This document shows, piece by piece, positions 39,380 through 50,870 of a stretch of DNA of 64,000 bases. Position 1 is the stretch's first letter. Every line of letters starts with the position of its first letter. Source of the stretch: an uncultured Bacteroidales bacterium. GTDB lineage: Bacteria; Bacteroidota; Bacteroidia; Bacteroidales; VadinHA17. The stretch spans positions 510,178-574,177 of the forward strand of contig CAVWPG010000011.1 of the NCBI GenBank assembly GCA_963756885.1. Reading direction: 5' to 3'. A program made the position numbers and the translations under genes. The notes beneath the pieces were generated by a model. It did not search any database, had not been told where the DNA came from, and saw only the letters and a list, made by a program, of their open reading frames with translations.

Positions 39380-39466
39380 ATGAGTAATTTTAAGGAACTG
39401 AAAGTCTGGCAGAAAAGCATGAAGGCAGAACAGGTAGTTTTAAAATATATCTCTAATTATATTTTC
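39380..39466 (+). pseudogene. Possible N-terminal stub of a four-helix-bundle (23S rRNA-intervening-sequence-type) protein
   Basis: MSNFKELKVWQKSMKAEQV resembles the FKDLKVWQKA start of that family, but the ORF stops after 28 aa. Confidence 0.35.
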
Positions 39467-39484
39467 TGATTAATATATATCAAT

Positions 39485-42400
39485 ATGTTTAGTGTTAAGG
39501 TTATTATAGATTTTGTAATTAATAACTTCCAAATTAGTCTTTCTTTCAATTTGAAAAGTATGTTTATAATTTGCTTTTTAATTCTTTCAATCTTCTCCTC
39601 TTCAATAAGCATCTATGCTCAAAATTACAATGTAAAGATCTTTACAACTAATGACGGATTAGCAAATAATAATGTCAGGGCAATAGCTGAAGATAGTTCT
39701 GGATTTCTTTGGATAGGTATCTGGGATGGATTAAGTAGGTTTGATGGACATGAGTTCAGAAACTACTTTCATGTAACTGATGATTCTATCTCTCTTTTGT
39801 ATTTTACAATCAGAAAGCTCTGTGTGGATTGTGAAAATAATCTTTGGATTTTCACGGAAAAGAGGTGAGTAGTTTTATTTAACAGGAATGCAGAAAATTT
39901 CAAACTAGTAAAAGAAATTAATGGCATGTCTTTGGAAGACGATATAGACATATGCGTAGATGAGAATGGTTATTTTTGGATAATAGATCAGAATGGATTG
40001 TACAGACACGAGCTTAAAGCAGATAAATATGAGAAATTAAGGATACTTCGCTCTGACGGATACAAATTAAATCTTGATGAAGCTTCTGCCTGGATATAGT
40101 CATTGATAATAAGAAGTTGTGGATTGCAAGCATGTAGTATGTGAAAGAATTTACTCTTGGTAATGGATTAGTTACATTAGAAAAAAGTTTTTCTCTTGTC
40201 AGAAAATATTACAGGGTTATCTATTTTGATCATATTGAATGGTTTAGATTCTTTCAATCAGAATAAGGAGAAAAATGGGTACTTTCAAATGTTGGACTTT
40301 TTAAATTCAAAGAAGAGTCTGCAATATTAGAAGAATTCAATGGGGAAACTGAGCTTAAAGACTTAAAGAACAGGAATAGAATTGTCTGGGGTAAGATGAG
40401 TAATGGTATTTTCTTTTATTCTACTGAGAACTAGGAACTCATACACGTTCAGTCAGAAATCTTACAATTGCTAATTTCAATGATGTGTGCAAACTAGAAT
40501 TATATTTGGCTCTCTAACGTATCAAATGATGGAGTTTTGCTAGGGTTATATAGAGTGGTATTTTCACTAAAATTCTTCACAAATACCTTTATAGAAACAT
40601 CTAATTCAAAACAGATAGCAGTTTACTCTATAGCTCAGGATATAAACAGAGATATTTGGGTAGGAGTCAGGGGGAACAATCATATAATTAAAATAAATAA
40701 ATCAGGAGGGATTAAAGGCATAGATTTTTTAGATCAGGATTTCTATAGCAAATCAGGTTATATCAGATCATTGATTACTGTTCAGGATGGCATCTGGGTA
40801 GGATATTACATGGGTATGTTACAATTTTATGATTACAAAACAGGTCAATTTGTTGATCATCATATCGGATTTTTCACTTTTAGGGCAATATCTCTAAATA
40901 ATGAGAATAATATAATTATTGGCATCACAGGCAAACTATTACTTTATAACTCTCGTAACAGTAAGCTCAAAACACTATGGGTACAACAAGAAAAGGCACT
41001 TCTATCTATAAGGTATATTATGACGCTTCTGGAGTCATATGGGCAGGGATGTCAGACAGTAAACTTCTTAAATACACTATTAAATAAGGAGATTAACATG
41101 TATATAAAATAAATAATGATAATTGTAATATAGAAGACATACAAATAGATGACAACGGTGAATTGTGGTTGGCTCTTCTTGGAGGTGGTGTCTGCAGGTA
41201 TAATATAGATACAGGAGTAACTAAATATTATACTACTTCATCAGGTTTATCTAATAATACAACTTACTGTATATTAAAAGATAAATCAGGTGGAATTTGG
41301 GTATCAACCAATAATGGGATATCATAATAAACTCTAAAACGGGGTTAATAAGAAACTTTAATCAAACTGATGGTCTTTTAATCTCGGAATTTAATTACAG
41401 TGCAAGTTATGCAAACAGCAACGGTGAATTTTTCTTTGGAGGGATGGGGGGGTTTGATAGATTATATCTTGATAGTATTGAAAACGCCATAACGGAAACC
41501 ATAAAATACAAGGTTCTATTAACAGATTTCAGTGTATCAGGGGAAAGAAAGGTGCTTACAAAAGCACTCAATGATTCAGATACAATAACACTTGCTAAGG
41601 GAGAGACCAATTTTCAGCTTTCTTTTTCATCTAGCGATTTTCTAAATTCTGATAAAACACATTTCAGATACATGTTAAGCTATATAAATCAGAACTGGAT
41701 TGAGACTGACTCACATGTAAGGAGTGTTAACTTTTACAACCTCAAACAGGGTAGCTATTTCTTTGAAATTCAAGTAACTAATTTAAATGGAGAATGGACA
41801 GCAGATAAAAAGATAGTTTTCAATATTAAGCCTTTCTTCTATCAGACATTGTTATTTCATATTTCAGCTCTGTTGTTTATCATTTTAGTTTTTGTCGGCA
41901 TTATTGTTTTATATATCAGGCAGTTTAAACAAAAAGAGAAGCAAAAACAAGATACTCTTAAACTACAGTCTCTCCGTGGTCAGATGAATGCTCATTTTAT
42001 TTTCAACTCGCTAAATTCTATTAATTACTTTATTTCCAATAATGATAAATTGTCCGCTAACCGGTATATAGCTGATTTTTCACGATTAATCAGGTCTATA
42101 CTTTCGAATTTTGGTAAAGATTATATTACATTTAAGAACGAAGTTGACTCAATAAAGGATTATGTAAATATTGAATATTTGAGATTTGGAGATAAATTCG
42201 ATTTTGAGGTTATTGTAGATCTGTCTAATTATAATTCTGATTTTGAAATATTTACAGGCTTAGTTTAGCTATTTATAGAAAATGCTATCTGGCATGGAGT
42301 GAGAGCTCTGGAATCACGAAAAGGGATTATTAAAATTTATTTTTATTGTGTTGGAACAAATAGGATAAAATGCTCTGTTGAGGATAACGGAATTGGATGA

Positions 42401-42600
42401 GATGATTCGCTTAACAGTAAAACTGATCATGATAATCATAAATCAAGAGGTATCGATATTGTTAATGAAAGGTTACAGATAATAAGCAAATTAAGGGGAG
42501 TTAACTATGCTCTCGAAATATCTGATCTTTACTATGATAAGGTAGATACCGGAACTAAGGTTGAAGTTGATATATCTGTAAAATGGATAAAAAGGAGTAT
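39485..42600 (+). pseudogene. Decayed sensor kinase: Reg_prop/Y_Y_Y beta-propeller sensor plus LytS-type His_kinase and HATPase, with many frameshifts and in-frame stops
   Basis: Recognisable pieces are TNDGLANNNVRAIAEDSSGFLWIGIWDGLSRFDGHEFRNY (Reg_prop), GELWLALLGGGVCRYNIDTGVTKYYTTSSGLSNNTTYCILKDKSGGIWVSTNNGIS, a TM segment, LRGQMNAHFIFNSLNSINYFI (His_kinase) and LFIENAIWHGV...VEDNGIG (HATPase). These lie in at least four frames, and TAG, TGA and TAA all occur in-frame. Confidence 0.75.
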
Positions 42601-42603
42601 AAA

Positions 42604-43346
42604 ATGATAAGGGCAATTGTTATTGATGATGAAAAACTATATAGTGAAGTCATATGCAATTATTTGAAAGAGTATTGTAGTGATGTGCAGGTTATTAATA
42701 CAGCTTCATCTGTTAAGGCAGGCTATACTATTATTAAAAGATTTAAGCCTGATCTTGTTTTTCTAGACATTGAACTTGGTGAGGGTACAGGTTTCGACCT
42801 GCTAAGAATGTTTGATATGATAACATTTAAAATAATTTTTGTAACGGCATTTTCAGAACATGCAATGAAAGCATTCAGGGTTAATGCTATAGATTATTTG
42901 CTAAAAACAGTTAAAATTGATGAATTGAAAGATGCAGTAGAAAGAGTAAAAGTAACCAGATGGGGATACGATTATCAGGATAAATAAGAACTTTCATTAA
43001 AAGTATATCTCTAAAAACATCAGGTGAGCTAAAGCTTATAATTTCTCACCTAAAAGGATATGATATTTTAAAAGTGAACGAAATTATAATGTGAAAAGCT
43101 GATGGGTATTGCACAGAATTTTTTCTTACAGGCAAGAGAGTGGTCATCAGCGCAAAAAATCTGAAACAATACGAAACTTTTCTTCTAGGACAATTCTTCT
43201 TTAGGTCCCATAACTCGTACCTTATTAATTTAAATCACATTTGCAGCTACACGAAGCAAGGAGTTATTGATCTGACTGAAGGAAGAAAAGCTAGCCTTTT
43301 AGATCAAAACAGAAATAAATTAATACAAATACTCAAGGCCAGATAA
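42604..43346 (+). pseudogene. LytTR-family response regulator, disrupted
   Basis: The receiver is intact (MIRAIVIDDE...PDLVFLDIELGEGTGFD...FVTAF). The LytTR domain continues in another frame (ILKVNEIIM*KADGYCTEFFLTGKRVVISAKNLKQYE...FFFRSHNSYLINLNHI) with a TGA where the family has Cys. Confidence 0.7.
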
Positions 43347-43496
43347 TAATATTGTGAATTTCTGAAAACCTTAAGTTATAGGTTGTTTTAGGGGAGTCAT
43401 TAGATTATTTATACAGTATATTAGTTTAACAATAGATTCATGTCTGGAATGGTTAGTTTTCATGTGTCAATTTACTAATTAACCTAAACTTGTGTT

Positions 43497-44600
43497 ATGA
43501 AAACAAAAATCACCTTTTAGATTGTTTTTTTTAGTATTATTTTAACTATATTCAGTTGTACTAAAGAGTATAATATTAATACTCTAACAATATCAACTTC
43601 AGACGTAAAGGATATAGATACTACTTCTGCCACAATTGGTGGAAATATAGTCTCTGATACTGGCACATCAATATCGGAACATGGTGTATTTTGGGGCACT
43701 TTAAACAACTTTGAAAATAATGGAACTAAACTGATAATAGGTAACGGGTCAGGCGAGTTTTCCTATACTTTAACTGGACTTTCTCCAAGCACAACATATT
43801 TTGTTAAAGCGTATGCTATAAGCAATATTGGCACAGTATATGGTACTCAGGTAAGTTTTACTACGATTTCTGAAAGAATAATGTTTATAGAAAATTATTC
43901 CAAGTTTTTAGAAATCTCTGTTACTGCGGGTCAACCAGTAGAAATCACAGTCTCAAATTCAATTTTCTCTCAGGACATATCTCTAGCTTACAATGATCCA
44001 ATGTTATTAGGAATATTTGGTATTTCAAATGGGCAGGATGGGTCTGAATTTGTTGGCAAATTATTTAAAGGAACAAACTATTATAATTCAGATTCTCAGA
44101 CCTGGAGTTTCGTCTCAAATTAGAATTCTGATAAAATTTGGGTGGCAGCTTTTGGTATGGATTTAGCTTCAAATACGCAAGGAAAATTTGATTTAACAGT
44201 TAATGGCACACTCTATGAGATATTGCCAAATAATATTATATTTCTTGAAAATATAAAAGAAGCAGAAAAACTTACATATGATGGGTCATCAGTTTCATGT
44301 GAAATATCAAATTCTATTGTTTTTCGGATTCAGGAGATGAATGTAAGGAAGATGCTATATTATTAGCAATGTTAGGAGTTTCAAACGGGCAGGACGGTTC
44401 TGAACTGATAGGTGAGGTATTTAAAGGAACGAATTATTATAATTCCTTAAAACAGATCTGGAATTTTACTTCAAATACAAGCATTCAGAATTTGTGGGCA
44501 ATTCCTGTTGGAATAAAGTTATATCAAATTTAACAAGGGAATTTGAGCTTAACATAAATAATGTTTACTATGTAATCACTCCTTGAGGTGAGATTTTAAA
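43497..44600 (+). pseudogene. Decayed lipoprotein with a fibronectin-like repeat domain and an internal duplication
   Basis: MKTKITF*IVFFSIILTIFSC has an in-frame TAG at codon 8. It is followed by DTTSATIGGNIVSDTGTSISEHGVFWG...LSPSTTYFVKAYAISNIGTVYGTQVSFTT, the same domain type as the N-terminus of 54133-55449. GISNGQDGSEFVGKLFKGTNYYNSDSQTWSFVSN is repeated as GVSNGQDGSELIGEVFKGTNYYNSLKQIWNFTSN, with stops and frameshifts. Confidence 0.5.
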
Positions 44601-45445
44601 TTTCTTGAATAATTTGAATAATAAAAGACAAGTTGAGGGTTTACCTGGAGCATATGCATGTGAATGTAGCAAATATGACTTGTATAGAATGGTTTCAGCT
44701 ATAATCTTCTAATTTGACTGCATATGCTTGGAACGTAGAGCCACTTCAGTTAAAACAGGACTGGGGACTAAAGGGGAACAGTGTTCCCTTTTTTTATTTA
44801 TGGACCTATCTCTGTTTCCTGATTTTGTTTCCCGGTAAGCATCTGATAAATCACATCTAATTTATATAGCATGGTGGGAAAAACGGTCAAAATGACAACC
44901 TAAGATTGGAGCAAATGGACAACTCTCTTTAGTATTGCTTTTTTATCATGATTTATTAGGCTCGAATGCTTAATGTAGAGGGTATATAAGAATACCTATC
45001 ATGTATGTCTAACAATTTACTTATTATGTATATACTACTTGAAAAGTATACCACCTTCTCGCTGAAAAGTATACCTATTTTGATTTTTCGAGGGTTGTAG
45101 TAATAGATAAATTCTATAATAACTAAATTGAGCACAAAACCAATAAGATATGAATCTTAAGTAATGTATTGTGCGGCTCTTATATACAAATCAGTTTCTG
45201 TTAATCATTAGCTATTCTTGTTGGTTAAAACCACAACGCACTGACTTTTAAAAACAGGATCATTTTTTCGGTTAAAATCTGCCTCTTTTTCTCAGAAACC
45301 TGGTTGAACTCTGTCTCAAAAAGAAAACAAATACATTTTAATTCAATCAATTATCATTGCAGATGTATTTTGAAAATGCCTAACCGGAACCCATTTTAAG
45401 ATATTTCTCAAAGTCATATGCTATATACTTATCTGTAAATGGTAT

Positions 45446-45583
45446 TACTACTGTCCGGCTAAGGTTTGAGATTCTGAGCGAAGCGTTTGGCAAGTGTACT
45501 TGTTGAAGAACCGGGCCCCGCTTTGGTGGAATGCGCCCGCCGAAGGCAATCTCTTGCTGATTTAACCATTTATCCGTTTAGTA
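45446..45583. mobile_element. Short (138 bp) member of the same MITE-like family, inverted orientation
   Basis: TACTACTGTCCGGCTAAGGTTTGAGATTCTGAGCGAAGCG matches the right arm of copy 2. The end GCAATCTCTTGCTGATTTAACCATTTATCCGTTTAGTA matches the reverse complement of the left arm. A left-truncated duplicate sits at 38268-38366. Confidence 0.55.
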
Positions 45584-45889
45584 ATGAAAAGCTATACAAG
45601 TTATAATTTCAACCCGCAGGGCATCTTATGTGGCATAGACCTGTACGGGATTATGACCCAAAAATCTTTCCTGGGTAAAATCTGGTTGCTTTTATTACCT
45701 GCTTTGCCAATTGATGTTTATTTTTGCCAGATTTATTTTCAGAAATATGCAAAATCAGGGCAATCAGACTTCAGCCGCAATAGCCAGCGATATAGCAGGG
45801 AAAACAGTATTTTCCATATTATTATCCATTAGCTTTTCCCATCTCCTTAACGACACCATTCAGTCCATTATCCCTTCCATATATCCTGT
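45485..45889 (+). repeat. Direct repeat copy B (functional fsr promoter region and 5' coding end)
   Basis: See copy A at 38268-38672. Confidence 0.9.
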
Positions 45890-46967
45890 AGTTAAGGATT
45901 CTTTTCACCTTAACTTCTCCCAAATAGGGATCATTACCCTTGTATTTCAGTTAACAGCCTCTTTGTTTCAGCCGCTTATCGGATTGTATACCGATCGTAA
46001 GCCGCAACCTTATTCTCTTGCTGCCGGCATGGTTATTTCACTCTTGGGGTTAATCATTCTTTCCCAGGCAAAAAATTATACAATGCTTTTAGTCTCGGTA
46101 GCTGTAATGGGTACAGGATCGTCTGTTTTTCATCCTGAGGCATCAAAGGTTGCCTATATGGCTTCGGGTGGCCGCAGGGGATTGGCCCAATCCATTTTCC
46201 AGGTAGGCGGCAACCTGGGAGGATCGCTGGGGCCCATACTTGCAGCTATGATCATCGTTCCTTTTGGGCAGTCGAGTATCCTTTGGTTTTCAATACTCGC
46301 AATGCTTGCAATTATTGTGCTTTTAAATGTTGGAAGCTGGTATACTCATCATATGAACAGGGAGAGGGGGAAAGTTACTGAGATAGCAGAAGGACATGGT
46401 TTGTCGAAAGCAAAATTCACATGGTCCGTGATTATTCTGCTGGTCCTTATTTTTTCAAAGTATTTCTATCTGGCATCCATAACCAGTTATTTTACTTTTT
46501 ACCTGATGCATAAATTTAATGTATCGGTACAAGCTTCACAGGTGCAACTGTTCCTGTTTCTTTTTGCAGTAGCCGCCGGAACCCTCCTGGGCGGACCCAT
46601 TGGTGACCGGGTAGGACGAAAGTATGTTATCTGGTTCTCTATTCTCGGTGTCGCCCCCTTTACTCTATTGTTGCCTTATGCCAGCCTTTTCTGGACCACA
46701 GTGCTAAGTGTAGTGATTGGTGTAATACTTGCCTCTGCATTTTCAGCGATCCTGGTTTATGCACAGGAACTTATTCCGGGCAAGATAGGAATGATTTCAG
46801 GATTATTCTTTGGTTTTGCCTTTGGCATGGGAGGATTGGGATCGGCTTTGCTCGGAATGCTGGCTGATAAAACCAGCATCGACTATGTTTACCATGTTTG
46901 TGCTTTCCTTCCGCTTCTGGGTATACTGACCGTCTTACTGCCCGATATCGGAACAAAAAGAAAATAG
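45747..46967 (+). CDS. fsr: MFS transporter of the Fsr (fosmidomycin-resistance) type
   Basis: Start moved to MQNQGNQ. There is long collinear similarity to E. coli Fsr as I remember it: SHLLNDTIQSIIPSIYP, FQLTASLFQPLIGLYTD, GTGSSVFHPEASKVAYMASGGRRGLAQSIFQVGGNLGGSLGP, IFSKYFYLASITSYFTFYLM, GDRVGRKYVIWFSILGVAPFTLLLPYASL, LASAFSAILVYAQELIPGKIGMISGLFFGFAFGMGGLG and CAFLPLLG. Confidence 0.9.
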   Translation: MQNQGNQTSAAIASDIAGKTVFSILLSISFSHLLNDTIQSIIPSIYPVVKDSFHLNFSQIGIITLVFQLTASLFQPLIGLYTDRKPQPYSLAAGMVISLLGLIILSQAKNYTMLLVSVAVMGTGSSVFHPEASKVAYMASGGRRGLAQSIFQVGGNLGGSLGPILAAMIIVPFGQSSILWFSILAMLAIIVLLNVGSWYTHHMNRERGKVTEIAEGHGLSKAKFTWSVIILLVLIFSKYFYLASITSYFTFYLMHKFNVSVQASQVQLFLFLFAVAAGTLLGGPIGDRVGRKYVIWFSILGVAPFTLLLPYASLFWTTVLSVVIGVILASAFSAILVYAQELIPGKIGMISGLFFGFAFGMGGLGSALLGMLADKTSIDYVYHVCAFLPLLGILTVLLPDIGTKRK

Positions 46968-47161
46968 ATCCGAGAAGCTCTCAGGATGCAATAGCCGGTG
47001 GCCCTGAGCCCTTGCTCCCCGCCTCAACGACCTGTTCTCCCTGGTCGAATTATGGAAGAACTTTGAGCTCTGCTCAAAATCCGGCAAACCCATACACATT
47101 GCAGAGTTCACTGCATAGTCATTTGCCAGTCAGAAGTGAAAATACATTGGAACATTGGATC

Positions 47162-49423
47162 CTATTGTGGCAAAATAAAAGTATAGGTATACTTAATAGT
47201 AAAAAGAGATTTATTCATAAAAGGAAGTTCCGGATACTCACGTTTCAAATGGGAATTATAATCACCGTTATACACTATATAGAAATCGTTTCCTTCGCGG
47301 GGATTATAGCGGAACCTGATATTGTTGACGCCGAATTTTTCACTGCTGCTATACTGGAAGTACATCAGCAGCGACAGCCTGGTGGTAAAGGTAGATTCAG
47401 ATTTGAATCCTACCAGATGGGATCTGAAATGCTGATCACGATCCCCGATATCAACCCGGCTGTATTGGTAGTTTAATCCAAGATTAATATTTGATGAGAT
47501 CCTGAAATTAACCTGGGCCGGAGTCAGGTCGGTGTATGTTCCATCGTAATATTCTCCCAGGCTTATCATATATTTAAGGGATATCAGCTTGTTCATAGGA
47601 CTGCTGAAGCCGGTTTCGAAATTATAATAATCATAGGATCCTGCCGGGATAAAGACATCATCCGACAAATCGAACTGTTCTGTAAGGCAATCGTGGTGCC
47701 TGAAAATGTCAAACCAGCCGCCATATCCATTTTTAAAGGTCAGATTATAACCGACTGAATAGATCGAAAGAAAGGTCCTCCAGTCAGCATTGGATTTGTT
47801 GATCCATGCCCAGGCATTTACAGACTGACTGAGCAGCTTTTTATTTTTATCTTTATACACCCAGCCGTAGCCTGTCTGACCATAAAACTCGGTATAGTTT
47901 TCCATTTGTTCAAAGCCCATCTGGGGATCATAATATTCCCCGGCCCGGGCAAAAGTAAAATCATAGTTCAGACCGACCGTTGCGCGGTTTTGCCAGTCAA
48001 AAAAGACTTTGGAATGATTCAGAGGGTTTCCGGTGTATTGTAAGTTGTTATCGAAGGTATAAACATAGTTCGTTGTTATGTAATTATTTTTAAACGGATT
48101 TAAGATCATATCTGCTGCAGTATTGATGTTGTAATTACCCATTGCATCAATTTTGCTCGTTACCATGCCACCGGCATAGCTGGTTTCATTAAAAACTTGT
48201 TTTCTCAGTCTTAAGACGCCATGATTGGTTGAATATAAATGAGTTATAGAATCGGTATCCGGATCGGTGTAATCAAATCCGGTAGTCTGCATATCAAGAA
48301 AACCAATATCCCATTTACCTGCCCTTCCGACTACCCTGGCCCCTCCAATGATCGGAACAATTTCTCCTTCGTATAATCCTATGCGCCGGCTGTAAAATAC
48401 CTGATCGAGATAACCGGTATGGATGTTAAAAATGCTGGCCCGCTCCACAAAGAACTGCCTCTTCTCGGGGAAAAAAAGTGAAAACCGGGTAAGGTTAACC
48501 ATCTGGTCGTCCACTTCAACCTGGGCAAAATCGGTGTTCAGAGTAAGGTCGGCAGTAATATTGCTGGTCAGCGAATATTTTACATCAAGGCCGGCATTGA
48601 GTTTGGGCTTGTCAATAGTCTTATAGGCTGATCCTGTCTCATTGAGTTCATGTGAATGCTCGTAACTTCCAAGTATATACGGTTTTATATAAAGCGGGTT
48701 TTTCCTTTTTATTCCTTTTAAAATGATTTTATGAGCCTGCGATGGTTTCCAGACACCGAAACTGCCGAATTCATTGCTTATGTCGGGGAAATTATTCCAT
48801 TCCTGTTTGCTGGAGATCTGCCGCCAGATTGACATTCCCATGATCACCCTGCCCTCTTTTTCCTGGAACCGCAGGCTGGAGAAAGGTATGCGGATTTCAA
48901 TATGAAGGACATTTCCGATAATATTGGTTTTTACATCCCAGAATGTATCCCAGCTCCGGTTGAATGGCATCATTCCCAGGGGTACCTGGGCATCGTTATC
49001 GATGGTAAAATCCGATCTCAGTCCGGAGGGATTGGTCTCAAAGCACAATGCATTCTCATTGTCATTGAAAGTATCGAGCAGGAGCCCGAAATTATCACTG
49101 CCTCCGTCCGCGCCATCCCTTTTTTTTGTGGTTGACCGTATTGTACTTCCGTTTTCATAGTACAGCCTGGCCCCCAGGTAGAAAAACTCATCGTCAAAGG
49201 TTACAAATACATCCGATCTTTCGGAAGGCATGCTTCCATGGTTGGGCTTGAACATGGTCATTGGGATTGACGGAAGACTGTCCCAGAGCGGTTCATTACA
49301 TATACCGTCGAAACTGATTTTCCCGGTCATCTTTTGGATTTCAAGCAACTTCTCACTTCCCTGCCCTGAAACATGCAGGACTGCAGGCATTAATAAAAGG
49401 GTAGCAAGAATATATTTTTTCAA
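47162..49423 (-). CDS. Secreted / outer-membrane-associated protein with a CBM9-like N-terminal domain and a large beta-rich C-terminal domain (DUF5916-like)
   Basis: Signal peptide. KISFDGICNEPLWDSLPSIPMTMFKPNHG...FFYLGARLYY is CBM9-like. The long C-terminus is rich in Y/F/N/G and ends with an aromatic-rich strand. Confidence 0.5.
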   Translation of the reverse strand: MKKYILATLLLMPAVLHVSGQGSEKLLEIQKMTGKISFDGICNEPLWDSLPSIPMTMFKPNHGSMPSERSDVFVTFDDEFFYLGARLYYENGSTIRSTTKKRDGADGGSDNFGLLLDTFNDNENALCFETNPSGLRSDFTIDNDAQVPLGMMPFNRSWDTFWDVKTNIIGNVLHIEIRIPFSSLRFQEKEGRVIMGMSIWRQISSKQEWNNFPDISNEFGSFGVWKPSQAHKIILKGIKRKNPLYIKPYILGSYEHSHELNETGSAYKTIDKPKLNAGLDVKYSLTSNITADLTLNTDFAQVEVDDQMVNLTRFSLFFPEKRQFFVERASIFNIHTGYLDQVFYSRRIGLYEGEIVPIIGGARVVGRAGKWDIGFLDMQTTGFDYTDPDTDSITHLYSTNHGVLRLRKQVFNETSYAGGMVTSKIDAMGNYNINTAADMILNPFKNNYITTNYVYTFDNNLQYTGNPLNHSKVFFDWQNRATVGLNYDFTFARAGEYYDPQMGFEQMENYTEFYGQTGYGWVYKDKNKKLLSQSVNAWAWINKSNADWRTFLSIYSVGYNLTFKNGYGGWFDIFRHHDCLTEQFDLSDDVFIPAGSYDYYNFETGFSSPMNKLISLKYMISLGEYYDGTYTDLTPAQVNFRISSNINLGLNYQYSRVDIGDRDQHFRSHLVGFKSESTFTTRLSLLMYFQYSSSEKFGVNNIRFRYNPREGNDFYIVYNGDYNSHLKREYPELPFMNKSLFTIKYTYTFILPQ

Positions 49424-49712
49424 TACTGTATTTATGCTTTTAAATTTCCGTTAAGATATCAGAACTGTTCAGCTTTACAAAAGGATTTTCCTTTTAATTT
49501 AATTGTAAAATCCGGTAACCCTGAGCAGCTCCCGCATTATTAATCTGAGGATATAATGACTTATTTAATCTCATGATTTACAGATTAATGAGAGATCTAT
49601 AATTTCTTAGGCAAAATGAGCTCAGCATGACCGGTCCTGGAGGGGTATACCTGGACACAAAAAAGGTTATTTTTGCGCCATGAAAGGAGTTTTGAAATAA
49701 TCACATGCTGGC

Positions 49713-50375
49713 ATGAAAAAGAGGAACACAAAGTACGGGGATCCGGTTCCATTAACTTCCGGTGATTTGTTTTATCAGAAATTTAACTTCATCAGGACAA
49801 TAGCGAGGAATATTATCTTACCAGGCTTGATTCTGTTTTCAGCGGGTTGTTCTTCGCATGATCATCTTAAATTTCAGGGGATCCCCATCACTGGCGACCT
49901 CATAAAATTTACAGAAATGTTAAAGGAGAAGGGATATATTGAAGTGAAGGCTGATGGAGATGATCAGATGAAATTTAAGGGCAGATTCCTGGAAAGGGAT
50001 TGCAATGTTTATCTTTCCATGACTAAGAAGAGCCGGACTCCATATCTGGTGAGGGTAGATATGGCTAAAGAGCCTCATGATTCAGTAAAATACAGTTATG
50101 AAAGGCTTAAGCAGCATTGTGAATCAATATTGGGCACCGGGGCAAGCAAGTATCAGCAATTCAATAATTCCTCAAGGTTTTTATTCAATGAGCCAAAACT
50201 GGTGAGGGATCCGCAGGATGGGGATTATACGCGGTATTTAAGCCGTATCGGCAGTGTATACCTGGAAGTGAAGCTTGATTACCTCTCGATAACATACCTT
50301 GATAAGAAGAACTGCCAGCTCTCAGTGGCCGAGGGGGGGAAGGAAATAAACCCTGAGAGTGACAGGGGATTTTAG
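49713..50375 (+). CDS. Hypothetical lipoprotein
   Basis: 220 aa with lipobox LILFSAGC. No recognisable domain. Confidence 0.45.
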   Translation: MKKRNTKYGDPVPLTSGDLFYQKFNFIRTIARNIILPGLILFSAGCSSHDHLKFQGIPITGDLIKFTEMLKEKGYIEVKADGDDQMKFKGRFLERDCNVYLSMTKKSRTPYLVRVDMAKEPHDSVKYSYERLKQHCESILGTGASKYQQFNNSSRFLFNEPKLVRDPQDGDYTRYLSRIGSVYLEVKLDYLSITYLDKKNCQLSVAEGGKEINPESDRGF

Positions 50376-50469
50376 CTTTCTTCAGCTGAGGCTATAAATA
50401 GAAAGCAGCTCAGTGTTCACTAAATTATTTCCCGGATCAAATAAACATCTTACACTAAATCCTCTCCTT

Positions 50470-50708
50470 GTGTTGCCAGGTAATGTTCCTGATGCGACAA
50501 ATGAAAGTGGTTTTACAGCTCTGCCTGATGGGTGGAGAGGGCCATATGGTTTTGATTCAGCTCTCGACCGGGGTTTTGGTGGTCGTCTACTGTGAATGAT
50601 ATCTCCACTGCATGGCACATTATATTATTCACATATGATGCTACTGTAAACAAGCCTGCCAACGATAAAAAAAATGGTTTCAGTGTCAGATGCATCAAGG
50701 ATGAATAA
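50470..50708 (+). pseudogene. C-terminal fragment of a FISUMP-domain (Fibrobacter succinogenes major paralogous domain) gene, with a frameshift
   Basis: GNVPDATNESGFTALPDGWRG is followed, in another frame, by FWWSSTVNDISTAWHIILFTYDATVNKPANDKKNGFSVRCIKDE. Compare NESGFTALPGS...WWSST...GYSVRCLKDN in 54133-55449. No N-terminal part is present. Confidence 0.6.
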
Positions 50709-50870
50709 CCCGGCACATCTTTTTCCAGGAAATATCTAAAAGGTCTAACTAATTTAGAGCCTTCCAGTGAATGTTTTTTACTAATAATCTTTATTATTAG
50801 TCTTATTACTTACTATTTTGTAGAATATATAAAATTTTTATTTTATATTTGCTCTACAAATTAAAAACAA

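Noticed and set aside
39485-44600. In-frame TAG and TGA codons at conserved positions suggested stop-codon reassignment, as in some phages of Bacteroidota.
   Set aside because: All three stop codons (TAG, TGA and TAA) occur in-frame, and there are multiple frameshifts as well. Genes elsewhere in the window use standard stops. Decay explains it better than recoding.
46898-47476. 192-aa plus-strand ORF bridging the end of fsr and the end of the 753-aa gene.
   Set aside because: It overlaps two well-supported genes and crosses their convergent intergenic region. No motif was found.
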